DNA from: Ophelia neglecta
Taxonomy: Eukaryota
Assembly (NCBI GenBank): GCA_965285935.1
Contig: OZ260664.1
Coordinates: 90,024,001-90,088,000, forward strand
Direction of reading: 5' to 3'
Length of the DNA stretch: 64,000 bases
The position numbers and the translations under genes are program-made. Within the stretch, counting starts at the first letter, position 1; every line of letters begins with the position of its first letter. Under the pieces are notes generated by a model. It worked only from the letters and a program-made list of their open reading frames with translations, ran no database searches and had not been told where the DNA came from. Below are positions 1-12,269 of this stretch, piece after piece.

Positions 1-161
1 CCACGTTGATCAAAGCCGATCCATTGACCAGGTATTAATTAAAGACCAAATTAAATGGCAAGCTTTCAGGTCAAATCCAGTTTCAAGAAATTCTTGAATT
101 CCCCGGGGCGGGGGGGGGGGGGGGGTTCCCACTTTATATAATTGGCGAATCAGGTCATTCA

Positions 162-321
162 GGGTGTTATGGTATATGGGTGTCATGGTATATGGGTGTT
201 ATGGTATACGGGTGTTATGGTATATGGGTGTCATGGTATATGGGTGTCATGGTATATGGGTGTTATGGTATACGGGTGTTATGGTATATGGGTGTCATGG
301 TATATGGGTGTCATGGTATAG
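162..321. repeat. 16-bp minisatellite, 10 copies (GGGTGTYATGGTATAY)
   Basis: Units read directly at 162, 178, 194 ... 306. Variant order is A-B-C-A-B-B-C-A-B-B. Confidence 0.97.
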
Positions 322-1072
322 CCGACGTATGATTTTTAAGCGTTATACCGTTCGAGGTTGGGAGAGGATTCGAAGTGTTTTTTTAACTTCAGTGGGGCAA
401 TGTTATGTAGAATCGAATAGAGCATATCTCCTTTCATTTTATCAGGAGTTAGGCTCCTCCCGGCGTCCGCTATGGACCAGAAGGAAAAAACCTTACTTTT
501 AAATTTAATCGACAGTGGACGTTTTTGGAGCAGAAGTGGTTTTCTCCCCCCCCCCCACTCCCCCCCCCGCCCCACCAGCACACGCAAAAGCCGCTTCCCC
601 CCCCTCTCTAACCTCGGCCACTTATCTAGTATGCTGTAAAACCTGATTTATTATTTGCAGCATCCAAACTTTATTTGCTGAACCTAGAGGATATCGTTTT
701 TGCAGCAATTAATTTCATCGACTTCTGAAAGGCTTCAATAAATGTCGATCGGTAATAAAATATTTCCGGCGTTTTATTTTCCAGGTTTAAGCTCTAAGCG
801 AAAATCCATAAACGGGAATTTAGAAACGTTGGGAGCAGCAGAAGATATGTTTTACGGCAATTAATCTACATCAGCGAATTGGCGTATTTCCGGGCTTGTG
901 TCTGTGTATCTAGTTAAATAAATACGTTTTGTAGACGCCCCGTATGTTAGCAGACAATTCCACCACTACGATCAATCTCTTAAGACCAAACTCGTGATAG
1001 TATTCCCCGATCACTTCAGCCACTAAACCTCACTGGTGAGTATCTATAACCTATCAGGCAAGCTTTTGTTCG

Positions 1073-1311
1073 CTATAGTGGCATTGAGTTAACGGCGAAA
1101 GCGAAAGCTGTTGCGAAAGCAGGATTGGTGACACAATAAACTAAAATATCAGTTATTTTATAACCCAACCCTAACCCTGACATCTCAATTCTGTTTTTGA
1201 TATAAATGGGTAAGGGTAGGGTTATAATTGTATTCATATTAGGTCAATTTAAGAGGCCATGCGGCTTTCGCCGAAGCTTTCGCTTTCGCCGTTAACACAA
1301 AGCCGCTATAG
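1073..1311. mobile_element. Palindromic non-autonomous DNA element (MITE/foldback), superfamily undetermined
   Basis: Left end CTATAGTGGCATTGAGTTAACGGCGAAAGCGAAAGC matches the reverse complement of the right end (CTATAGCGGCTTTGTGTTAACGGCGAAAGCGAAAGC). There is a second, inner inverted pair: TTATAACCCAACCCTAACCC / GGGTAAGGGTAGGGTTATAA. Confidence 0.88.
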
Positions 1312-1808
1312 TAGTATTTCACATATCATATAGTGTATATCATCAAATTGCGAGTGAATACAATATAGGTTAAACGGGTTGCTAGACAGTATATCACTTT
1401 CGCCTAGATAGACGGATTTGCTTCAAGACTCCGAGTAATTCTAAAGCGCGATTTCTAGAGAGAGGTAAGTATGTATGACGTAGGCAAATCGCAAGTACAG
1501 AAAATATTAAAATTTTCGTGATTCGCGCGAAAATTTCGAAAATTTCAGAAAAATATCTAATTCCCAATGTATGACGCATTTTAACGGCTAACTAGTAATG
1601 TATTTAAGGATTTGAACAGTAATAAAGATATGAACAATCTCTATTGAATAATAAAAGGAAGTGATTTCGCGTCCAGCCAAGTAACATACATGTATATCCG
1701 GCCGGAAATGGTCCTGGGCAGGACGGTTCAGCGAGGCGCCTGCTCGCAAAAGTTCCCGTGTGGCTAGTTCAAACCACTACACGCATACATGTAAACAGTC
1801 TGTTATAT

Positions 1809-2018
1809 GGATTATATATAGAATTTCCAGGGAGGGGGCCCCACTTTAGGTGGAGGAATTGAAAAGCGGGGGGGGGGGGGGGGGGAGGGCACAGAAGCTG
1901 GGTGGGTTCATACATGCATCTACTTGCCTACATTTTGGGCGCCTAGATGGGCTTGTTCGGAGTAAAAAAAAATTGTTGGGTGGGGGGGGGGGGGGCAGGC
2001 CCCCTGGATCCGTCCCTG
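1809..2018. mobile_element. Remnant of a short G-run-rich non-autonomous element (GGATCC-type terminus); left end degraded
   Basis: Right end CCCCTGGATCCGTCCCTG follows poly-G runs and resembles a terminus common in invertebrate short interspersed DNA elements. Left boundary is approximate. Confidence 0.5.
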
Positions 2019-2081
2019 TTCTGTCGGTTCTAAATAAACAGACATAGTGTAACTCTCATCTCACGTGTGTGGCCCCCTTTA

Positions 2082-2484
2082 CCGTATTGTCGCGCATTTA
2101 AGCGATTTGGCTTATATGAGAATGTGCGCTTTTATTCGAATAAAGGCGCATGCGCCTGTAAGCGAAGTAGAGTTAAGAGAAGCCAGACTCAACACTTTCG
2201 TCTTAAGTACAACTCAGGTGAAATGACTGAAACCAACATTAACCAGTCGCACAAGATTTATGGTGGTAAAGGCAGTTTTCACTGTAAATTATAATAAAGT
2301 TCTGGGCAGACGGCGGTGTCAATAATGTGCATGCAACCTCCATTTATGATTGAACACTCACCCGATCGGGTCACTTATGTGTCGGTTCTACGTTTAACTT
2401 TAATTGCACCCGCAATTCGAATATAAACACATATGCGCTTATATTCGAAGACAGGTGCATTCGCTTATATGCCCAATAATACGG
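2082..2484. mobile_element. Tc1/mariner-pogo-type MITE (~400 bp) with TA target duplication
   Basis: TA|CCGTATTGTCGCGCATTTAAGCGA ... TCGCTTATATGCCCAATAATACGG|TA. The 24-bp TIRs match 20/24, with TA at 2080-2081 and 2485-2486. Confidence 0.85.
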
Positions 2485-5400
2485 TACGTTGTCCCCCACG
2501 AATTACACGTCTGTTATACGTCATTCGGTACATCATCATTAAGTACAGTACAAAGAGCAGAACTGATCAAGCGTTATACTACTAAGTCCTGAAATATTTA
2601 TCGCTTCTTAAGCTTTGACACTTGGTGCAATCCTCCCAGACAGATAAATGGGCATTTTGAACGACTGAGCGATATTACAAGCATTAGATAATAATGACCT
2701 TCTCTCGACGCGAGCGATAATACAAGTGCGGGGCCATAAAGAGTCGACGATAAAACGTGTTTAATTCTGCAAACTGGTGAATAAACGGTAAACATGTGTG
2801 AAGATATGGCGGGTTCTTAGAATAAAAGCATACACAAATCATCAATAAATATTGATTTGTCTGCACCCTGATGCTTCCTTTATTAACGTTGAAGCTTTTT
2901 ATTCACAATTTATGTATTCGTTGTATTAATAAAAAGTAATTGCCCCGATAAAAGCCCAAAGCAATCAGTGTGCACAAATATTAAAAGAAACTCAAACAAC
3001 ACTGTAGATATATATTTGCTATACTTTTCTTGGCGAGAACAATACTATTTGCACAAGCCGAGAAGCTTTGTCAAGCAGTGATAACATCAGGACTTAATTT
3101 CATTCGCCGATATTAGAATATGGACATGGGCATCTGTAAAACCAGGTTGTCCACACTTAAACCAGATATAAATCAAAAAATAATCTCTTTGACAAGCCCA
3201 GAGTTACTGTGCCAGCTTCGACTGACAACCAAAGCAATTCGCCCGTCCACGCATCTCATATTTTCCCCACATTATGCCTCTGGGAGCGAGTGTGAGGACT
3301 TGGCCGTAGTGCCATAAACGCACCGAGAAACAACCCGGTGAATGAGATTACCAGGTCTCAAAACCTCAGGGTAAAAAACCCCTGCCACGTGACAAACCAG
3401 TGTTTTACGACTGGGGGCGAATAATCCTGAGTTTCCAGACTGGATCTTCGATATATACTAGGATTTTTAGGCCGACGATCCTTAAAGACTAGCGTCTCAA
3501 AACCGGGGGACTCCGGGTTTTGGACAAGTGTTAGTAAATGTAGTCATGGGAGGCCTTCAAGCTAGTGGACTCCCAAAATTACACCGGACCGACCTCGTGC
3601 GATCTACCAGAATTACTAAAGTATCAAGAATTGAGCCCAAAATGCCAAAATCCGTCGTCACGTGATATGCTTATTGAGGTCAAAATTACGTGTAGGTTCA
3701 CGATCAGAACGCTGGCTTCATGACTGCTGTTGATTGCAGTGACTTCGTATACAACATGTTCTGTAGATGGGCTAGTCTTTAAATGTGTCAAGGGCTGGTC
3801 GTTCGAGCGAAAGTGGAGTGTTTATTCGGCGCGCATGTCTTAAAATAAATTTGCATATAATTGAAGGGCAACCATGAATCACCCGAAGTGGACAGTTATT
3901 GCATACAATGCACTATAATTTATAGGTTACTTCGGGTCGTTGACCGGCTAAAGTCTCTGCTCTCGTTTGTGAGTCCTGACAGGATACCATTTGAACCAGT
4001 AAGACCATCATAATTCCCTTGAGTTTAGTAGACGGCGCCTGATTGGAGGACGAGAGCGAGGTTTTCTCCTCTAGTTAAGTGTTTCCTGGCAGGACACGAA
4101 CAACAACCATCACCCAAGATTGACACCAGGTAAATATCCCTCCGCTGGTTACCCGACGAACGGCTCCCGCTATTCAACCAAAGGTGCGGGCTGCCAATGG
4201 CACTCGCAGTTTGCACTTTCCATGCATCTGGTCACTTTGGACTAATTTAATTTAGCCCGCGAAGATTGGATAGCTAAGTGACACGGTCTAACTATCAGGG
4301 CCTTTACTTAAAGTGTTTATTGACTGACCTAGCCACCCATGTTTATGATATATTCATAAATCAGCCAGGGCTGTTCATTAACTAATGAGCGTAAAATAAC
4401 TATGTCCCGGTTCTGGGAAAGCAATCACTTTGTGTTCTTAAGGTAATTCCCCTTGAGGTATTTAATAAAGACATATTTTAGCCGGCCCCTTAGTTTGCCA
4501 TGGCATTGCTCGGAGGCTAACTAACTTATGACGTCATGAAACGAACTGTTGTTTTAGCAAGTCGATTACTAACTTTGCCAAATAACCAAGAAGTGGGTAA
4601 TTCATTATATGGTTGATATGAATCAAGGATAATCCCCTCTCTGATATCTGACTGATACTCTTGCAACATCTCTGCCCTAAGCCTGCCTGCTGGACATTAA
4701 GCACCATCCGAAGATTTAATACCCCAATTATCGTTCAGAGAAGGATAAAGCTTGTAAGAACCGAGGCTTTTAAACGTAGGGGAAGAAGTACGTAACAAAA
4801 TAAGCCAGTATAAGCTGAGAATAAGCCGTTACCAATAGTTGCAACACCCTTGTACAATTAGGCAACTGTGCTATCGATCTGAAAGACGAATGCGGCGTTC
4901 TATGTGCGAGTGTCCCTATCAACCTGTATTAGCGATAGGAGATTTTCCATTAGAAAACAGAACTTTGCTTGATTTTGATCGACTGTTTCTATTGGCTGGT
5001 GGATTGCGAAAAGCGTGATTGGTAGGCCCTGTAGAATTCCAACAATGCAATTAGACAAGCTATTAATTATTTAATCAAAAGAATTGATCTGACTTGGCTC
5101 TAATGATCAGAGGGGGATAACGCTGTTTTACGGGATCAATATATATTTGCTGTCCGGAGTGAAGATCGACCGTGAAACACATCTCGAATCTGGGTCAGTG
5201 GGGATAGAGTACCGAAAGTACACGGAAGAAAGATCACCGGTCAATATTTACCGACCACAAGACTATTAATATAAATGGGCCTTATCTTCATTAATTCCTC
5301 TTAGTTATTTGTGTGTCCAGTACAACCCTGGAACAAATCTTACTCGTGATAGAACCAAGCAGAAAGCATGCCTTGGTAATCTTTTAATTAACCCCAATCT

Positions 5401-6429
5401 TTCTGTTTCAAGAAATAATCTACTCAGAAACAACATAATGTTCTGTGACCTACATATTCGAAAAAATGTGCAGAAGTATTCCGGAGAAATTTCAGTTAGA
5501 ACAACCTACAATGTCCTTTTACTTACAATTCAGAATTAATGTCAGACTATTGCTACCACAAGCCTGGTTAGGCCCAAATTGAGCAGCAGAGATTTGCCCA
5601 ATCGAATCTCTGAATTTTACGATTGTTATCACCGAATGTGCCACACATGTAATTGGGAGAAACTGGCATCTAATGCACATAGACCTAGAACCAATCCCGA
5701 GGCAAGTCTTTATCTCTTTATATAAGCAAAAAACCTTAAAGCACTGTACAGAAATAAAGGGTTTCCCTAGCACCATATATTTTTCCTTAAACGCATCATA
5801 CGTTTTTTGTTCAGTGGCGTTGCTTGGTTAGAAACACCTTACGCTGAAGCAAACTCCGAACAAAGAGGGTAACCCTGCTCCATTAGTGGCAACGCCTGCC
5901 ATTTGTATAGTCGCCAGCTCCTGTTAGCCATCCTCCCGATAGAAATTAGTCTTTAGAAGGCTGAGATACAGTTTTATTTATCGAAGATGACACTTGGATG
6001 TAAATGATCAATGGTCATTTGCTGGTACAGTTAGACACCCGAGACTTCTCCTCCAGACAAAGCGACTGCAGACAAGCCACTACCATTAAATCCTTGATAT
6101 GAAAACCTTGAAGATGATCGCTGTCATAAAGTAAGTCGCTTTATATGGCTTGTTTTAGCAGCTAAATCACCCCAAAGCCGTCCCAGACAGCTAAACAGAA
6201 GCGGGGACGCAGGATATTTATAAACTGAAGCCATCATCAATGCATATATATATATAAAGCAAAGTCGTTTTTTGCTTTCGCGTCAAGGATTCTCAAATCC
6301 ACGATTCTGTCACGCCATCAAACTGTGTGTTAAGGAGGCATTTAGTCCAATCTAAAACACGAGCGGCATCGTGAAAAATCAAATCCACTCACTGCTACGA
6401 ACAAGGTGAAAATTGAAAGGTCAATCCCA

Positions 6430-6780
6430 ACTCGGAAGTTAGTTACCATCGACTGCGCGTGCGCGTGACACACATTTCGTAGGCAAACTGTAAATAAAGA
6501 TGGGCGGGCGGGAGGGGGGGGGGGGTGGTGGACTATGGGTTGGGGTTTAGGGGGTGGTGGGAGGTTCGTTTTGTGTTACAATTTAATTAGACCAAAAATT
6601 CGATGGACGGAGAAGGGAAAATATCCCATATGGTGTTGGAGGATAAGAAGGCAGCATCAGCCAGCCTTGAGCGTCAACTCTGCGAGTACAGGGGCGCTGC
6701 GATCGGTCAGGGTGGGTGGGTATAAGCTATAAGCGGGTGAGGGCTGACGACGGAAAGTAAAAAGAAAATATCTCCGCACG
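6430..6780. promoter_or_regulatory. Candidate promoter/enhancer (CpG-rich motif cluster)
   Basis: ETS-like CGGAAGT at 6433, NRF1-like TGCGCGTGCGCG at 6454, forkhead-like TGTAAATA at 6489, GC boxes GGGCGGGCGGG at 6502, and two TATAAG near 6721-6733. Motif matches only. Confidence 0.3.
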
Positions 6781-8156
6781 GGGGGGGGGGGGGGGGGGGG
6801 GTAGAAATCTACGTTTCATAGATATCCCTGCTAGTATACTATAAACCATGCGCGGACTGTTCACAAGCCGGAACTATTTTTGGATGCGTATTTCACCAAA
6901 TAATTTGGGGCGAAGGATATCGTCCGAATTCCCCTTTATCGAGTAAAACGGGAAATGTTCCTGCTCGGGACAATGTTGGGATGTCGAGTAGCCTGTTATA
7001 TGTACGGCTGTCCGGGTTGTTCTCTCGTGGTCTGTTTTATGAAGTCGCCTGATCACAGGTGGTCCCAGCCCAGGGCGAGCCTCAGTGTTCAGGGCAGACG
7101 TGGTCGGCATTAAAACATCACTGCCGTGTCCCGACAAGTGGCCAGGACAGGGCTGGCTGGCTGCGAGCCTTCAGCCTGGAGTGATGGAGCTGAGTGAGGG
7201 GAGACAGAGTCAAAGGCAGACCAGTAAATATCTGCGCAAATATATTATACATGGAAAACAAGGCCAGCATGAAAACCCCAGCAATAACGTAAATATTAAT
7301 ACTGCGGTGACTTTTAATACTAAAAATGTAAGGCGTAGAATATATTTAATCCGAGCCTTGTTAATAATTAGGTTTATTTTTGGCCGCTTCAATGTTAAAT
7401 TGCTCTCGACTGAAATTTGTAATTTTTTCCAACACTATGTTGCTTGTTTTGTCCAAAAGCATTTCTTGCGAAAACGTTTATTTTGCATTCTAGTAATTTA
7501 TCGGAACGAAGTCGTGCACTGAATACCAGCTCATTTTGGGACAGAGGCGCTGTCATGTCATTGATCTTATTGAAGTATCAGGTATCAGTCTTTGATTAGG
7601 GGCGTTAATGAAACGTTGTTAATAATGGAAGGGCAGTCCGTGATCAAATCCCTCGAGAAAGAGCGATGGTGTAACCTTACCCACAATGCTTATCATGGCA
7701 GGAAATCTGAGCTGGGGGTTCTGACAAAATACGGACATGTACTTGGGTGATTACCGCCGAGAAGGCAGGGCGCTCGGAGCCAGTGTCTGACATAGAACCA
7801 TCATCGGTGGGGCTGCACACTTTTTTTTCAATATTTCAGTTAAGGCGAGGTCGGAGAGCTTAAAATGACGCATGCGCCCCTTGAGTCCAACCCTCACTTT
7901 GAAAACTCTGCCATATACCCCTATAGGTCCTTAGTCACAAATTGAATGGCTGGCAAGCTGACTATTTTGCTGGGGTAACGAAGGGCATCATTCGATAGCC
8001 AGATGCATAAACTGCCCGAAAAATCAACTATCAGTATCCAGAAAACAAATATTGGAGAGAAAATACATGGTTTATAGCAAAGTTTACTACTACTGGAAGT
8101 CCCATTCACTTATAATGGGGCTTCCGGTTAATCGAGGAACCAGCACTTTTCTATGT

Positions 8157-8233
8157 GACCCTCTTCTCCATGGGTTGCCATCTTTAGCCAGTGGTCATGT
8201 GGTTAGCCCATGGAGAGGGGGGGGGGGGGGTCC
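8157..8233 (+). other. Long imperfect hairpin
   Basis: CCCCTCTTCTCCATGGGTTGCCA pairs with TGGTTAGCCCATGGAGAGGGGG, giving a stem of about 27 bp including G-U pairs and a short loop. Confidence 0.6.
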
Positions 8234-10012
8234 TCTTTAAGGGGCTATGGGTCGAATTATGATGCATTGGCTCTTTGCCACTGATTGAGCACATGAGTGG
8301 AAAGAGGCAGCACCATCGTGATTGGGCATAATTCGGACAAGGGTGGTCAGAGTTCTAGACACTAACAAGGGAGAAACCCAGACGAGACTGTAGGACAGTA
8401 ATAAGAGGAGAGCTCAGAACTATTACATGAGCTATCTGTAAACATACTGCCAACTGTATATTATCCGGAAACATTTAATTAATGCACATTTTCAGGCTTG
8501 AAGGACTCTATGCCGCTTAAAAATACCGATCCTGCCGACCAGACGGCAATGAATTCACACAATGCGCGGCACACTCCGTGAAGAGAACACCTGTGGCTCC
8601 CTAATACTGAGTTAATCTGATTAACGTTTTGACAAATGGATAGTTTGAAAGGTTAATGCCTCCTCTTTCTTCAAGATCGTTGTCGACTCGCTTCGCTATG
8701 TACGATGGTTCCTTATAGACATGTTAAACCATTCATCACAGACTATTACAGTGATTATCTACAATTGTACATTCGTTCAGCACAACTACCCCTATTTGTT
8801 TGTCGTAATCGAACTTCTGACCATTCAGCTAGTATTCTGCTCTGCATGTTAATCCTTGATCTATAGAAAGTCACCACTATATCATGATTTAGAGGCAGCG
8901 CTGGCTACAATGGCTTCTCGCGAGAGGTCCAAGGCCCAAGAAAACCACTGTTATACCGCTCTTTGCCGTTAATATATCTCATTGTACCTGGAGCTGGAGG
9001 TAGCCAGCCTTTTTTCTAAACTCAGCTGGGTATCTTTAACCTTAACAGCCGCGTAAAATATCATTCGTCCGTACAAAAGACCCCCTATTGTTGTAGGGCA
9101 GAATTTGCTGTAGCCTGCTCTTCATTTATGGAGGTAAGAAAGTCATATAAGGGAAATGAGGGTACATACGGCCATTTTTGTAACTGCCGTCAGATCGTCA
9201 ATTCTGCCATTCAACCTTGTAATAAGTAAAAGTGACATAGACTACTAACCAGTACGAGGTTTTTTTTTGAAAATATATCTACTCGAAATACCGATCTTCT
9301 ACATTGTTGACTTGAAATGGTCACTTGCAAGGGCTATGTCACGTGGCTTACACATTGCAAGATTGGTCGATTGCAAGTGCCGCCATTTTAAGCGAAAAGT
9401 AACCTTGATCGTCTGAGTGGTGGCTTGGGACCTGTTTTCTTGCATTTTTATGCATTTAAATAATTTTTATCAATTAAATGTGCCCCAAGACCGTAAAACT
9501 AACTCGCATGATTAAAATTTAATGTAGTTTGAGTCAAATACCTAATGGAAGTTGGTAAGTGTAAGTGCCAATATGCGGTGTTTGCTATATGGGACAATTA
9601 CTGTAAAAAGGCGCACTTTTGCAATGACTTCCTTCTTCGTAAAATCCTTAATTTGTTTAAATGGGTTTCGTGTATTTTAATGGTACAGAGGGCAGATTAG
9701 TTCGGCGCGTTCTCATGCTAAATGTTGGATACGAAACTAATCTAGAAGATACTTCACTTTTACGGGAAACAGAGACCATTAAGATACAGTTATGCCGTAC
9801 CTTGCCGCAATTTCTCGTTTTGTACCTGGAGGGCGGTCAAAATTATATCTTTCCACAAATAAATATCCTAAATTAAACCTAAAATATCATTTTTTCCTTA
9901 ACATGTTGTTATTGTTGCAAGTCAGAATAGCTGCTTTTTCTGTATGGAAATCTTCATTAGTGGAGGTAATGAAGGCATATACCGACGAACAGTGCGAAGA
10001 TGTTTGGTTGTA

Positions 10013-10092
10013 CAGTGGTCCCTGCAATGTGGGGCCACCCCTAAATCCAAGGAAAAGTGGCCCTACATTGAAGGTGGCCCTCCAAGGAACTT
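10013..10092 (+). mobile_element. Truncated Tc1/pogo-type MITE end (same architecture as 24272-24446)
   Basis: TA|CAGTGGTCCCTGC...GGCCACCC...TGGCC...AGGTGGCC. No matching second terminus was found. Confidence 0.55.
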
Positions 10093-11849
10093 AAACATGG
10101 GAAATATAGGACTTGGGCATTCAAAGCTGCCCTGTCTACTATAATGGAGAAATATTATTTACTTTTCTATTTATTCTCTTGGTGAGAAAAAGAGACAAGA
10201 CTGTGCTGCTATGTTCGCCAAGTCGCCGACCTTTTCTATATACTTAAAGACAAAACCTTCGTTTAATTGGTTGCATTATATTTGGCGCATGTGCCCATGA
10301 ATTTGCCCATGGCAACGCTTACGACTCCACAAGGTCGATGTCAGTTTAAGATGCCTTGTGCCTTAACACCAGGCATGACCCCGAGGAAAAGATTACCTGG
10401 ATACTGTGCACTATATTACAGTAACAGCCCGAAAGCTACTGCCTGTGGGTTAGGCTAGCTTCTCGGAGCTACACAATAAGTTTTATTACGGTATTCACAT
10501 CATATTTTTGTTGTAGCTCTATTAGGGAATATTTGACTTTTACTAGGCGGGTTTTACCCATTTTACCTAGGAGCATCGTGTGCCATTTCACATTTAAACA
10601 ACGCTGGGCTTATCCTTTGTAAATGCTCACCGACGGGGTTGGAGTATACACGGGCCGCCATTGTTCATTCTATACTGTCTCCAGGAAGCAAATCGAGGTT
10701 GTTATTTTGGTGCCACTCTTGGGAGGGGTGGGGTAAGCTGCTTGTCTCCTAGACCCGAGCCTTAGCAGGCCATCATCTTCACAATCGTACATATGAAAGC
10801 TATCATACCATCAATATTCGTAGCGAAATAGTAAATCCTCTGGTGGACTTAAAATATGCATACGACCAAAGTCAAATCTCAGCTATGTGACACATGTCTC
10901 TCCTTTTCGAATGAAATCCTTAAACAATTCATAGTTATATCCTATTCCTTAATGATCAATTCCTACGTTAAGATATGGGGCTGTTTTATTAAGGTATAGT
11001 TATAATAATATAAATGTTTTATGATAGGTTTATCACATTCTCAAGTAATGTGCTATTAGCTTTAAACACGTCTGGGCTGAATGTTAATTACAGCCACTGT
11101 TCCAACAAAATAACTGTACCTTTTTATAATGTAGTGTCGTAAAAGTCCAGATACATAACGCTTTCAAAAGAAAGAAGTCCCGATAAGGACAGTGCGGTTC
11201 TTGGAGTTAAAACATGTAATTAACAAAACAAAACAGAGTTTAGATATGATTGATGGATACTGCCTGGATAGGTCCCAGACGAACGACCCTGGAAAGCGGG
11301 CCTCCCGCCCGCCACGCCAGGTCGACCGTACGACATGTCTTGAAAACTAACGCCGCCACAAAACTAGAAGATGTATTTGAATTCCGATAACTGCTAAATG
11401 GAATAAGGAGGCATAAGATCCCTACCCCCCCCCCCTCCGGCATCCACCCTTCAACCCACTATATACGTGCTAAGGAATGTCGTCTGCTTTCTTAAGGATC
11501 AAACGATCGGATACACAGGTCCGTACACCTATTAGCCCAAGGCCCGCTCATAGCCTCAAAGCCACTACGTGACGGAATAATTTCTGAATGTCAATATATT
11601 TACAAATTTAAATAAGCAAAAGCTTTCTTCTGATTAGCATGAAAAGCCAAAGGTTAGTTTTTGTCTTACACAGCCGTGACTCGTGAGCACCATGGCTGAA
11701 GACAATCCAAGTCTTCTACCTTGTTGGTGTCTTTCTACATTGGAATGTATGTTTCTTTGTTGGTTAAAAACCTTGCAACAAGAAGACACATGTTGAAATA
11801 TGATAAATAGAAAGAACAATGGGTTTACCTGATAAAGGCCTCCCCGGTG

Positions 11850-12269
11850 GTGACCAGAGTCAGAACGCACAGAATTAACCTCACTGCATTCTCGCTCATG
11901 TCGGAAGCTCAAGCACAGACCGGACGAACTGAAGTCTCAGTAGAACTGATTATGTGTGTCGCCAGCTGCGCAGAACACGTACAAAGGACACAAGACCGGT
12001 CGCCATTTCACCTGCAGACGACAACGGCCGTCCATCTCATTCCTGCTTTTACTGCCTGTCTTAAAACAACTAAGGCGACCGGAATCTCCAAGTATTTATA
12101 TCGTCTCTGCCTGGATCTCGGAGAGTGCGGAGCTGCCTCTCCACTTAGCTGGAGCCTGGTACCTTGAGTGGACACTAGTTCGATTAAGTCTTGGATGGTT
12201 TGTGTAATCGCCTATTGTCCAAGTTCCAGGATGCGCTGACTGAGTGGTGCCTGAAATTGGCAAGCTCAG
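11850..12269 (+). other. Candidate non-coding first exon in a CpG/GC-rich block (start approximate)
   Basis: GC/CpG-rich block containing a strong donor CAG|GTATGT (GT at 12270). No convincing ORF. Confidence 0.25.

Noticed and set aside
164-502. 112-aa ORF with WYMGVMVYGC repeats
   Set aside because: It is simply the translation of the 16-bp minisatellite.
6604-6614. TGGACGGAGAA, matching the 5' half of miR-184
   Set aside because: The 3' half does not match and there is no hairpin. Other seed-length miRNA matches (e.g. miR-87 in the 41-bp array, miR-153 at 41378, miR-219 at 41189) fail the same way.
9236-9900. Transposon-like stretch with CACTTGCAA/TTGCAAGTG and GCCGCCATTTT
   Set aside because: Probably a repeat remnant, but I could not find paired termini or a TSD to define it.
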